Program-made: the position numbers and the translations under genes
Source of the DNA: Candidatus Omnitrophota bacterium
Lineage (GTDB): Bacteria; Omnitrophota; Gorgyraeia; B26-G9
DNA: 64,000 nt
Assembly: GCA_018817165.1 (NCBI GenBank)
Contig: JAHITY010000062.1
Location: 26,958 to 90,957 of the forward strand
Direction of reading: 5' to 3'
Part shown: piece after piece, positions 29,114 to 38,889 of the stretch
How the letters are laid out: the number at the start of each line of letters is the position of its first letter
Position numbering within the stretch: the stretch's first letter is position 1
Notes under the pieces: generated by a model
The model's input: only the letters and a program-made list of their open reading frames with translations
What the model was told of the DNA's origin: nothing
Databases searched by the model: none

Positions 29114-29735
29114 TTTTTATTTGTTCTGTAGATTTCTCCTTTTTTTAAAATTAAAGGTATTGTTTTTTTTTAAAGTTAAGGGCAGAGGTTTTGTTCCCAA
29201 GAGGGGCGGATGCATAATCGCTTCTAATCACTTGAGTTATTTAGATCCGATTGTTCTCGCGGTGGCTAGTCCCCGAATTCTCAGTTTTATGGCCAAAAAG
29301 GAGCTGTTTAGTCAGCATGGTAATTTTTTTAAATGGTTAATAACTGCTTTGAATGCTTTTCCTTTGGAACGAGGTACTGCGGATTTAAAGGCAATCCGGT
29401 TTGCTATAAATAAATTAAAAAATGGTCATTGCTTGATTGTTTTTCCCGAAGGTACGCGCAGTAAATCAGGAGAAGTAAAGGATCCGCAATCCGGCGTAAG
29501 CATGTTGGCGGCTAAAGCTAATGTCCCAGTAATTCCGGCTTTTATTACTGGTTCAGATAAGGCTTTACCTGCTGAATCTAAAAAAATCGCTTTTTTTACC
29601 CCAATGAGTGTGCGTTTTGGTCCTGCGCTTACATTTAAGCCAGATCCCAGCCGAAATGATATAAAAGCTGATTATCAAATATTTTCCAATCAGATTATCG
29701 AGCAGATCAGGCTTTTAGAGGATTTTGAAAAGTAG
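29103..29735 (+). CDS. plsC: 1-acyl-sn-glycerol-3-phosphate acyltransferase
   Basis: NHLSYLD and FPEGTRS motifs. Confidence 0.92.
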   Translation: MKNSFYLFCRFLLFLKLKVLFFFKVKGRGFVPKRGGCIIASNHLSYLDPIVLAVASPRILSFMAKKELFSQHGNFFKWLITALNAFPLERGTADLKAIRFAINKLKNGHCLIVFPEGTRSKSGEVKDPQSGVSMLAAKANVPVIPAFITGSDKALPAESKKIAFFTPMSVRFGPALTFKPDPSRNDIKADYQIFSNQIIEQIRLLEDFEK

Positions 29736-29850
29736 AAATTGAATCCTGTTTATATTGTATATGTTTTCTTAAAAATAGCTTGAAAACAATATACATATTT
29801 GTTATACTCTACAGAACCAAATATAAAATAAAGAAGGAGGTTGTAATGAA

Positions 29851-31578
29851 ATGTCTAGAAAAAAGAAGAAGTTTGCCAGTTTCGAAGAATTAGAAGAAAG
29901 AAAGGATAGTGTATTTGCCAAAGAATTTGAGGCTTTTTACGCTAAAGGAGTTACTACGCTTGCCGAGGGTGAAATAATCCAGGGTAGGATCGTAGGGATA
30001 ACCGGAAAAGAGGTGTTAGTCGATATCGGTTATAAATCCGAAGGGATTCTTGCTTTAGAAGAATTTGATGATCCATCTGAGGTGCAAATTGATGCTGAAA
30101 TCAATGTTCTTTTAGAGAAAAAAGAAGATGAAAATGGTATGGTTATTGTCTCTAAGCGTAAAGCTGATCGTTCTCTCGGGTGGGAGCGAATTATAAATAA
30201 TTATAATGAAGGCGATAATATCGAAGGCAGAGTCTCGAGAAAAGTTAAAGGTGGATTAATGGTGGACATTGGTCTGGATGCTTTTTTACCTGCTTCTCAA
30301 ATATCATTAAGAGGTGCTAAAAATATTGATCAGTATATTGGCAATACTTATGAGTTTATGATTGTTAAAGTCAATAAGCCAAGAAAAAATATTGTTCTTT
30401 CCCGTAGAGAATTATTGCTTAAGGAAAGAGAAGTAAATAGAGATAAACTGCTTAAAGAAATTGAAGTCGGGCAGGTTAGAACCGGACTAGTTAAAAATAT
30501 CGCTGATTTTGGTGTGTTTATTGATTTAGGCGGGGTTGATGGTTTGCTGCATATTACTGATATGAGTTGGGGGCGGATCAGCCATCCTTCAGAAATGGTA
30601 GCGATCGGAGATAATATTGATGTTAAAATCCTGGGAATTGATAAGGAATCAAATAAAATCAGTTTAGGGTTAAAGCAAAAAAGCTCAAGCCCATGGGTCG
30701 GGATTGAAGAAAAATATCCAGCAGGCAGTAAATTAAAAGGTAAGGTTGTGAATTTAGTTCCTTATGGTGCGTTTATTGAACTGGAAAAAGGGGTTGAGGG
30801 TTTAATTCATATTTCTGAATTTTCCTGGACACGCCGGATAAGTCACCCATCAGAAATGTTGGCAATTGGCGATATGGTGGAAGCGGTTGTGCTGAACCTT
30901 GATATTGCGAATCAGAAAATTGCTTTAGGTATTAAGCAGACTGAATCAGATCCTTGGAAAGGGATAAGCGATAAATATCCAGCGGGAGCAAAAGTAAAAG
31001 GTAAAGTTAGAAACTTGACTGATTATGGCGCTTTTGTTGAATTGGAAGAAGGTATTGATGGTTTGATTCATATTTCGGATATGTCTTGGACTAAGAAGAT
31101 AAACAATCCTTCGGAATTTCTGAAAAAAGGTCAAAAGCTGGAAGTGGTTGTGGTAAGTGTTGATGAAGTTAATCACAAGATCTCACTGGGATTAAAACAG
31201 CTTACGGTTGATCCATGGACATCGTTAGTTGAGAAATATCAAATTGATACTCAGGTCGAAGGGACAATTACAAAAATAACTACTTTTGGGATTTTTGTAG
31301 AGATTGATACTGAGCTTGAAGGATTAGTTCATGTTACTGAAATTGTGCTTGATCCGTCAATGAAAGTTGAAGACTGTTTTAAAGTCGGAGACATGGTTAA
31401 AGCCAAAGTAATTAAAGTTGATAATGAACAAAGAAAAATTGGTCTTACTATGAAAGATGAACCATATCAAGGTGAGACTAAGGCTGAAACTAAAGCTAAG
31501 GTTGAGGTTGAAACTAAACCTGAGGTTGAAGCTGAGTTTGAAGAAGCGGCTGAGATTGAAAACGAAGAAGAGGCTTAA
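29851..31578 (+). CDS. rpsA: 30S ribosomal protein S1
   Basis: Six S1 repeats (DIGYKSEG, GLLHITDMSW, GLIHISE). Confidence 0.97.
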   Translation: MSRKKKKFASFEELEERKDSVFAKEFEAFYAKGVTTLAEGEIIQGRIVGITGKEVLVDIGYKSEGILALEEFDDPSEVQIDAEINVLLEKKEDENGMVIVSKRKADRSLGWERIINNYNEGDNIEGRVSRKVKGGLMVDIGLDAFLPASQISLRGAKNIDQYIGNTYEFMIVKVNKPRKNIVLSRRELLLKEREVNRDKLLKEIEVGQVRTGLVKNIADFGVFIDLGGVDGLLHITDMSWGRISHPSEMVAIGDNIDVKILGIDKESNKISLGLKQKSSSPWVGIEEKYPAGSKLKGKVVNLVPYGAFIELEKGVEGLIHISEFSWTRRISHPSEMLAIGDMVEAVVLNLDIANQKIALGIKQTESDPWKGISDKYPAGAKVKGKVRNLTDYGAFVELEEGIDGLIHISDMSWTKKINNPSEFLKKGQKLEVVVVSVDEVNHKISLGLKQLTVDPWTSLVEKYQIDTQVEGTITKITTFGIFVEIDTELEGLVHVTEIVLDPSMKVEDCFKVGDMVKAKVIKVDNEQRKIGLTMKDEPYQGETKAETKAKVEVETKPEVEAEFEEAAEIENEEEA

Positions 31579-31612
31579 GCTTTATTCTTAGTTGGATTTA
31601 AAACAGATAAAC

Positions 31613-31648
31613 AAAAAGGCGAGCAGCAAAACTGCTCGCCTTTTTTTT
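31613..31648 (+). terminator. Intrinsic terminator after rpsA
   Basis: AAAAAGGCGAGCAG-caaaa-CTGCTCGCCTTTTTTTT. Confidence 0.9.
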
Positions 31649-31691
31649 ATTAAACTTTTTCATTCAATTAGAATTTTAAAAGTAACTTGGC

Positions 31692-31906
31692 TACAAGATG
31701 CAGGTGAATTTTTAAGCTTTTCACAAATTTAGGTAAATACGTGTTGTATTTTTGGGGACCCGTTAGGGCACGAGGACCTGTTTGAGCTTATTCATTTAAA
31801 TTTAAGGGCGAGTTCCGCAGTGCCAGAAATACAGCGCGGATTTGCCGATCTTGATGTTTAAATCAAGAAAATTTGTGACTTGCGTAAAATTTGTCTGCAT
31901 CTTGTA
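31692..31906 (+). repeat. ~215-nt structured repeat, copy 1 (MITE-like or ncRNA)
   Basis: Terminal inverted repeat TACAAGATGCAG/CTGCATCTTGTA and nested stems; clearly homologous to 46105-46322. Confidence 0.85.
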
Positions 31907-31926
31907 TACCCCGTAAGTTGCTTTAC

Positions 31927-32362
31927 AGGCAAAAACACATCTTTTCGCTAAGCCTGAGCCTGCATCGTGCAGGCCCAGCCGCGCGTTCTCTCTAAGGATT
32001 CCGAAAATATCTGCTAGGTCTCAGATATTTCGGACTAAATTCGAGCAGGCTGACTTGACCTCGCTAACACTCCGTAAGTCAGGCTCTCATTTAAAGCGCC
32101 GCTCAAAGAGAATTTTTGCCTATCGAGATTTTAACTTTATGAACTTTATAAGTTGATGACTGTTTTAGCTTTGTAACTCATAACTAATCATTCATAACTT
32201 CATGTTTGTGATTTTGTAGCCAACTTGTCGAAGTCGGTCCGGAATCAATCATTTCTGCTCATTCTCGTCCCGCATCGTGCGGGACTCCGAGGATGAATCT
32301 CTGATTTTGCCAGTCCTATCAAAATCAGGCTTCAAACCCGCTAAAATGATTATTCCTGCCCT
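31927..32362. repeat. Additional palindromic structured elements
   Basis: AGGCAAAAA...TTTTTGCCT (31927-32121) and GGAATCAATCATTT...AAATGATTATTCC (~32229-32356). Both contain a GCATCGTGC-centred hairpin. Confidence 0.55.
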
Positions 32363-32544
32363 CTACACAGCGTTTAGTTATTTAGCAGCTTGTATTTTTT
32401 TTTGCGCAATACGCAATACTCAATACGCTTTTGTCCTTGTGTAAATCATCTCAAGCTTGACTGTACGCAAGTGCTGCTATATTATATTAATGAGGTTTAG
32501 TGGATATTAAAAAAAATACGCTAAAAGAAAGAAAAGGGGGGATT

Positions 32545-33054
32545 TTGAGGAAATATATAAATTGTTTGATTTTTGGTTTAATCATTGGCTTGTTTAATTT
32601 TAATGCTTTTGCATTTGAGCTTGCTTCTGAGTTTGTTGATTCAGAATACGGCTATTCTATAAAGTATCCTTTGGATTGGTATTCAAAAATCAATCGCTCG
32701 GGTATGGTGCTGGCTGATATCAATACTAAAGATAATAAATCGGGTTTACAGATCAGAGTTACTCAGAGCAATCAGTCAATCGATGATTATGTGTTACGAT
32801 ACATTGATAAGTTTAAGCAGGATATGCAGGCGCAGTTAACCAATCAAGAATATATGCTGATTGATAATAAAAAAGCTTACAAAATAAGTTTTCAAGCTAA
32901 TCGCCGAGGCAAGGATTATTTGCTGTTAAGTTATATTATGGCTGATGATCAAACAGCCAGAGTTTTTATTTTTCAAGCAGGAGTTCTTTATGATCAAAGA
33001 TATGAAATTATTCCTGTGCTTGATGCAATTGCCGGTTCTTTTGAACTGAAATAG
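32545..33054 (+). CDS. Secreted PsbP/DcrB-like protein
   Basis: Signal peptide ending AFA; YGYSIKYPLDW motif and ...IAGSFELK end. TTG start after GGGGGG. Confidence 0.6.
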   Translation: MRKYINCLIFGLIIGLFNFNAFAFELASEFVDSEYGYSIKYPLDWYSKINRSGMVLADINTKDNKSGLQIRVTQSNQSIDDYVLRYIDKFKQDMQAQLTNQEYMLIDNKKAYKISFQANRRGKDYLLLSYIMADDQTARVFIFQAGVLYDQRYEIIPVLDAIAGSFELK

Positions 33055-33096
33055 AAGAACCTCAAAAACCAGAAAATTTCTTAAAAAGGATAAATA

Positions 33097-33603
33097 ATGC
33101 TTAAGAAAATAGTCAGTATCGCAGTTGTCCCTTATGTGCTTTGGTTGATTTTTGCTTATCAATATCATTTTATTGACGGAGCTAATCTACTTTTTCATGA
33201 AGCAGGACATTTAGTTCTTTCATTCATGGGGCCAGTTGTTCATTTTCTCGGAGGGACAATCGGGCAATTAGTTTTTCCTACTGTTTGTATTATTAGTTTT
33301 TTAAAGAAAAATCAGAAATTTGAAGCGGCGATCTGCGGCATATGGTTTGGTGAAAATATGGTTAATATTGCTTGGTATATGGGAGATGCCCAAACCATGA
33401 TGATCCCCTTGGTCGGTGGGGGAATTCACGATTGGAATTGGCTGCTTTATCGCGCTGGTTTATTAGCGCATTGTAAAATTTTAGCAGGATTAGTGCATAT
33501 TATTGCCGCTCTGATTCTGATTGGTAGTGTGATAGTATTATTTCAGCAGTCATTTTTTACTGATTCTCAGCAGCAGGGAAATGATCCTGATATCGGTTTT
33601 TAA
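33097..33603 (+). CDS. Membrane protein with HExxH motif (M50-like metallopeptidase fold)
   Basis: LLFHEAGH within a hydrophobic segment, GIHDWNWLL, several TM helices. Confidence 0.6.
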   Translation: MLKKIVSIAVVPYVLWLIFAYQYHFIDGANLLFHEAGHLVLSFMGPVVHFLGGTIGQLVFPTVCIISFLKKNQKFEAAICGIWFGENMVNIAWYMGDAQTMMIPLVGGGIHDWNWLLYRAGLLAHCKILAGLVHIIAALILIGSVIVLFQQSFFTDSQQQGNDPDIGF

Positions 33604-33668
33604 GCGCTATCTTACGGTTTGACAACAACTTATTTGTATGTTATTATTACTGAAAAAAGGAAAATTCA

Positions 33669-34910
33669 ATGAAATTTAAATCAGTAAAAGAACAATTAGA
33701 AATTATTAAACGCGGAGCAATCGAGATTATTTCGGAAGGGGAATTAGAAAAGAAGCTGGAAAAGTCTTTTCAAACAGGCAAACCATTGGTAATAAAAGCT
33801 GGTTTTGACCCAAGTGCTCCGGATATTCATTTAGGACATACTGTTTTATTGCGGAAATTGAAACAGTTTCAAGATTTGGGCCATGATGTTAAATTTCTTA
33901 TTGGCGATTTTACCGGGATGATCGGAGATCCCACGGGAAAATCAGAATTGCGCAAGCAGTTGACCAAAGAGGAAGTGGAAGCTAATTCTAAAACTTATCA
34001 GGTTCAGGTCAGCAAAGTTCTTAAAAAGGAAATTCAGCCGGTATTTAACAGTACCTGGTTTGAAAAATTCACACCTTATGATTTTCTTAGATTAACCAGT
34101 CACTTAACAGTTGCCCAGATCTTGGCGCGTGATGATTTTAAAAAACGTTATAATAGCGGTAAAGATATAAGCGTGCTTGAATTTATTTATCCTTTATTGC
34201 AGGGATATGACTCCGTGGAGTTAAAAGCGGATGTTGAATTGGGTGGTACTGACCAGAAATTTAATCTCTTGGTGGGCAGGCAATTGCAAAAAGATTTTAA
34301 TTGCTCTTTGCAATGCGTTCTGACAATGCCTTTATTAGAAGGCCTTGACGGTGTTCAGAAAATGAGCAAGAGTTTGAATAATTATATTGGTATTGATGAA
34401 TCAGCGGATGATATGTTTGGTAAGATCATGTCGATAGCTGATGAGCTGATGTTTCGCTACTATGAATTGTTAACGGATATTCCAATTGCTGAGATTGAGC
34501 AAATGAAACAGCAGATAAGCCGGCAGGAACTCCATCCTAAGGATTGCAAACAAAAATTAGCTCAGATTATTATTGAGTTTTATTATGATTCTCAGGCAGC
34601 CGAAAAAGCAGCGGAAGTATTTGCTGCTCGGTTTAGCGGCGGAACAGATTGGGATAATAGTGATAATTTTGAAGACAGAGTTATCGATAAATCAGATTGG
34701 GTAGAGGGGAAACTGTGGATCTGTAAAGTTCTTACCTTGGCTAAAACTTGCAAAAGTAATTCTGATGCCAGACGTTTAATTGAGCAAAAAGCCGTGAGTT
34801 TAAATGGAGAAGTGATCACGGATTCTAATTTTGAGCTGGCTTTGCCAACTGAAGAATGTCTGCTTAAGGTGGGGAAAAAACAATTCATCCGCATAATTAT
34901 TAATGGATAA
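33669..34910 (+). CDS. tyrS: Tyrosyl-tRNA synthetase
   Basis: [32 protein letters not shown] and C-terminal S4 domain. Confidence 0.97.
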   Translation: MKFKSVKEQLEIIKRGAIEIISEGELEKKLEKSFQTGKPLVIKAGFDPSAPDIHLGHTVLLRKLKQFQDLGHDVKFLIGDFTGMIGDPTGKSELRKQLTKEEVEANSKTYQVQVSKVLKKEIQPVFNSTWFEKFTPYDFLRLTSHLTVAQILARDDFKKRYNSGKDISVLEFIYPLLQGYDSVELKADVELGGTDQKFNLLVGRQLQKDFNCSLQCVLTMPLLEGLDGVQKMSKSLNNYIGIDESADDMFGKIMSIADELMFRYYELLTDIPIAEIEQMKQQISRQELHPKDCKQKLAQIIIEFYYDSQAAEKAAEVFAARFSGGTDWDNSDNFEDRVIDKSDWVEGKLWICKVLTLAKTCKSNSDARRLIEQKAVSLNGEVITDSNFELALPTEECLLKVGKKQFIRIIING

Positions 34911-37002
34911 TATTCAAACTATTAAGAAGAAACTGATCTTAAATCAGAGCGCACAGTTTGTAAAAGGTGTTGGGCCGCAGCGCATAAAGACCCTGGCTAA
35001 ACTTAATATTCATACAGTTAAAGATCTCCTGTTTTATTTTCCCCGGCGTTATGAAGATCGCAGCAATTTTAAACCAATAAATAAAGTAATAATTGGACAA
35101 GTCGAAACCGTGCGCGGTCGAGTGCTTACTTCGAGTCTGCGGCGAATAAAAGGCAATCGTACGATATTTACTCTGGCTTTAGGTGATGAGAGCGGAGTGA
35201 TATATGCTATTTGGTTTAATCAGCCTTATATGAAAAATGTTTTTGCCGTGGATGATGATGTAATACTTTATGGTAAGGTTGACCACTATGGAAAAATTCA
35301 AATTAACTCTCCGGAATATGAAATCTTAAAACCGGATGAAGACCATGATCCAGTGCATACGGGAAGAGTTGTGCCGATTTATCCTTTAAAAATGGATATT
35401 GGTCAGCGTTATCTGCGTAAAGTGATTAAATACAGCATTGACCATTATCTGGACAATGTATTGGAGTTTATTCCTCAAGAGATAGTTAAACGCAATTCCT
35501 TTTTAGAGCTTAAGCAGGCTTTGCTTAATATCCATTTTCCTGATAATTTTGATCAACTTGCGGCAGCGAGGAGAAGATTGATATTTGATGAGTTTTTCCT
35601 TTTGCAATTGGCTTTGGGTTTAAAACGCAAAGCACTAAAGGAAACAAAAAAAGCAATTAAATTTAAACTCAAGGCTGAGCTGATTGAACAGTTTAAAAAA
35701 TCCCTGCCTTTTGAGCTGACCTCAGCGCAGAAAAATGTTATTAATGAAATTGAAGCGGATATGGGGAAAAAGCAGCCGATGAATCGTCTCCTGCAGGGAG
35801 ATGTGGGTAGCGGGAAAACAATTGTCAGTATTTGGGCGATTGTTGTTTGTGTACAAAGCGGTTATCAGGCAGCATTAATGGTTCCAACTGAAATATTGGC
35901 AATGCAGCATTATGAAACTTTAAATAAAATTTTATCTCCCCTGGGTATTAAAGTAACCATGTTGACCAGCGGCTTGAAAAAAAAGGAAAAAGAAAAAGTC
36001 ATTCAGGATATTTGCGAACATAAATTCAGCGTGATTGTCGGCACTCATTCCTTGATTCAAGGTGATATTAAATTTAAAAAATTAGGACTGATTATTGTCG
36101 ATGAACAACATAAATTTGGGGTTATGCAAAGAGTTAAACTGCAGCAAAAAGCAAATATGCCGGATATGCTGGTTATGAGCGCGACTCCGATTCCTCGAAC
36201 TTTGGCGATTACGGTATATGGCGATTTAGATATCTCGACAATCAGAGAACTTCCTCCGGGGAGAACACCGGTGGAGACTTATTGGATCAGTGAAAAAAAA
36301 CGCCAGGATTTATATATTTTTCTTAAGAAAAAAATCAAAGATAAAAATCAGATTTACGTGGTGTATCCTTTAGTAGAAAAATCAAAATCAATTGATTTAA
36401 AAGCAGCAACTAAAATGTATGAGCATTTTCGCGATGATATATTTGCGGAAAACAGGGTGGGACTTTTGCATGGCCGGATGAAGGATTTGGAAAAAAATCA
36501 GGTAATGCAGTTGTTTAAGGCCGGAGATTTAGATATCCTAGTGGCAACAACGGTTATTGAAGTCGGTATTGATGTGCCTAATGCTTCGGTTATTTTGATT
36601 GAACATGCTGAGCGTTTTGGTTTAAGTCAATTGCATCAATTGCGAGGACGGGTGGGAAGAGGTAAAAAACAAGCTTATTGTGTTCTTTTATCTGAAGGCA
36701 AAAGCGAAGACTCAGTAAAACGTTTAAGCGCGATGACGAAAACAACTGATGGCTTTAAAATCGCGGAATATGATCTGTTGATTCGCGGCCCAGGAGAGTT
36801 TTTTGGCACAAGGCAGCATGGTTTGCCTGAGCTGAAAATAGCTAATATCATCACCGATACTCAGCAGTTAATAGTTGCGCGAAAAGAAGCAACTGAGTTT
36901 TTAGAGCAGTTTTTCTCGGAAATCAATGATTCTAATAGCTTGATTGCTCAGGAATTGGCTGAAAAATTCCCGAAAACTGGCGATTCTTTGCTGGCAAGGT
37001 AA
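34903..37002 (+). CDS. recG: ATP-dependent DNA helicase RecG
   Basis: [53 protein letters not shown]. Confidence 0.97.
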   Translation: MDNIQTIKKKLILNQSAQFVKGVGPQRIKTLAKLNIHTVKDLLFYFPRRYEDRSNFKPINKVIIGQVETVRGRVLTSSLRRIKGNRTIFTLALGDESGVIYAIWFNQPYMKNVFAVDDDVILYGKVDHYGKIQINSPEYEILKPDEDHDPVHTGRVVPIYPLKMDIGQRYLRKVIKYSIDHYLDNVLEFIPQEIVKRNSFLELKQALLNIHFPDNFDQLAAARRRLIFDEFFLLQLALGLKRKALKETKKAIKFKLKAELIEQFKKSLPFELTSAQKNVINEIEADMGKKQPMNRLLQGDVGSGKTIVSIWAIVVCVQSGYQAALMVPTEILAMQHYETLNKILSPLGIKVTMLTSGLKKKEKEKVIQDICEHKFSVIVGTHSLIQGDIKFKKLGLIIVDEQHKFGVMQRVKLQQKANMPDMLVMSATPIPRTLAITVYGDLDISTIRELPPGRTPVETYWISEKKRQDLYIFLKKKIKDKNQIYVVYPLVEKSKSIDLKAATKMYEHFRDDIFAENRVGLLHGRMKDLEKNQVMQLFKAGDLDILVATTVIEVGIDVPNASVILIEHAERFGLSQLHQLRGRVGRGKKQAYCVLLSEGKSEDSVKRLSAMTKTTDGFKIAEYDLLIRGPGEFFGTRQHGLPELKIANIITDTQQLIVARKEATEFLEQFFSEINDSNSLIAQELAEKFPKTGDSLLAR

Positions 37003-37027
37003 TGTATAATTTGGGAGATTATTGATT

Positions 37028-37210
37028 CGGTAAGGTTTAACGGTAACGAAGCCCGTATCAGTAACGTTAACGGTTACGGTTAAAAATAATAAATTTTAGG
37101 CCGATAGACGTGCCCTAAAACGAAACGGGCATCGTAACCTTTACCTTAACTTTTTAAAGCTGTAACTGTAAACCCGACTCTGGAATTATACACCACAGAT
37201 AGTCACAGAT
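37028..37210. repeat. Degenerate short-period (6- and 9-nt) tandem repeats arranged as an inverted pair
   Basis: GGTAAC/GTTAAC-type hexamers around GCCCGT (37028-37083), mirrored by ACGGGC plus GTAACC/TTAAC hexamers (37125-37175); CCACAGATAGTCACAGAT at ~37192. Confidence 0.5.
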
Positions 37211-37312
37211 GTTTATTTCTATTGACTGAAACATGAATTTTTGGTATATTCAATTTTAAGTCATCGACGAATAGAATGTCTTTAAAAGCAATCTTACAGG
37301 AATGATTTTCTT

Positions 37313-38833
37313 ATGGCAAAAGACGTTTTTACCCAGCATAGACCTCAATGGAAGACACATATTGGGTTTTTGCTTGCGGCAATTGGTTCTGCTGTTGGTT
37401 TGGGGAATATATGGCGTTTTCCCTATCTTTGTTATAAAAACGGTGGTGGCGCTTTTCTCGTGCCTTATTTTATCGCATTGCTTGTTGTTGGTATTCCCTT
37501 AATGATTTTGGAAATAGGGCTGGGGCATAAAATGCGCGGGTCTGCGCCGGCAAGCATCGCGGTTATTTCCCGAAAGTGGGAATGGGCTGGCTGGTGGCAG
37601 GTAATACTGGGTATGTTTGGTATTCTGCTTTATTATTCCGTGGTTATATCCTGGTGTTTAAATTATTTCTTTTTTGCTTTCAATGGCCAATGGGGCTCTG
37701 ATCCCAATACTTTTTTCTTTAAACAGTTTTTAATGGTGTCTGAGGGACCATTTGAAATCGGTGATTTGAGAACCCCGATTTTACTTGGCTTGATGCTGGT
37801 TTGGTTTTTTAACTGGTTGATTGTTTTTGTCGGGGTGCAAAAAGGCCTGGAGCGGGCAAATAAAATATTCATGCCTTTGCTCATGGTTTTAACTGCTTTG
37901 ATCGTGTTTTGGGGAATTAGTCTTCCCGGAGCATCTGAAGGAATTAAACTTTATTTAAAACCGCAATTCAATCGTTTGTCAGATATCAGAGTTTGGATGG
38001 ATGCTTTTTCCCAGATTTTCTTTTCTTTGAGTTTAGGCTTTGGGGTGATTTTGGCTTATGCTTCATATTTGCCGAAAAAAAGCCAGATTGTTCGAGATGC
38101 GGTTATAATTAGTTTTGTAAATTGTTTATTTTCAGTTTTTGCCGGCTTTGGGGTTTTTTCGGTTTTGGGTTATATGGCGCATAATACCGGTCAGCCAATA
38201 AGTGAGGTTGTTACTGAGTCGATTGGACTGGCTTTTGTGGTTTATCCTAAAGCAATCAGCATGCTGCCGGCATTTTCCCGGGAATTCGGTTTGATGTTTT
38301 TCGCGATTCTGGTCATAGCCGGACTTTCTTCCGGAATATCAATTCTCGAAGGCATAACCTCAGCAATCATCGATAAATTTCATTATTCCCGAAAAGTGGT
38401 TGTTTCCGCTTTATCAATTATTGGATTTCTGGGGGGAATAATTTTCACTACGCGAGCCGGGATATTATGGCTGGATATAGTCGACCATTTTGTGACTAAT
38501 TATGGGATTATTATCGCCGCGATTTTAGAATGTATTATTATTGGCTGGATTTTTAAAGCTAAAAAATTAAGAGACCATATTAATCATTTCAGCAGCTGGA
38601 ATTTGAATAAATGCTGGTGGGATATTTCCGTGAAAGTGATTGCTCCGGTAATCTTAGGCGGGTTGCTGATTTCCACAATACTCGAAGAGATTGCCCGGCC
38701 TTATGGCGGATATACTCGTTTAGCGCTGCTGGTGATTGGCCGCGATTGGATTGTGTTGACTGTGTTTATGGCAATTTTGGTTAGTGCTAGTGCTTGGAAA
38801 GTTGAACCCAAGCATAGAATAATTGAGCATTGA
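37313..38833 (+). CDS. Sodium-dependent transporter, neurotransmitter:sodium symporter (NSS/SNF) family
   Basis: GSAVGLGNIWRFPY, GGGAFLVPY, QIFFSLSLGFG; about 12 TM segments. Upstream TTGACT-17-TATATT promoter at 37222-37250. Confidence 0.93.
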   Translation: MAKDVFTQHRPQWKTHIGFLLAAIGSAVGLGNIWRFPYLCYKNGGGAFLVPYFIALLVVGIPLMILEIGLGHKMRGSAPASIAVISRKWEWAGWWQVILGMFGILLYYSVVISWCLNYFFFAFNGQWGSDPNTFFFKQFLMVSEGPFEIGDLRTPILLGLMLVWFFNWLIVFVGVQKGLERANKIFMPLLMVLTALIVFWGISLPGASEGIKLYLKPQFNRLSDIRVWMDAFSQIFFSLSLGFGVILAYASYLPKKSQIVRDAVIISFVNCLFSVFAGFGVFSVLGYMAHNTGQPISEVVTESIGLAFVVYPKAISMLPAFSREFGLMFFAILVIAGLSSGISILEGITSAIIDKFHYSRKVVVSALSIIGFLGGIIFTTRAGILWLDIVDHFVTNYGIIIAAILECIIIGWIFKAKKLRDHINHFSSWNLNKCWWDISVKVIAPVILGGLLISTILEEIARPYGGYTRLALLVIGRDWIVLTVFMAILVSASAWKVEPKHRIIEH

Positions 38834-38889
38834 GCTAAACAGGTGATTTTTGATTATTTTTTACTTAACATAGCGAGGAGGTAACAAGA

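Noticed and set aside
31660-32450. CRISPR array or tRNA/tmRNA/RNase P gene in the long spacer
   Set aside because: No regularly spaced direct repeats with unique spacers, no cloverleaf or T-loop consensus, no recognisable conserved RNase P or tmRNA motifs, and no cas genes.
33604-33668. T-box leader before tyrS (or trpS)
   Set aside because: The spacers are too short and lack the T-box consensus; only a plain promoter is visible before tyrS.
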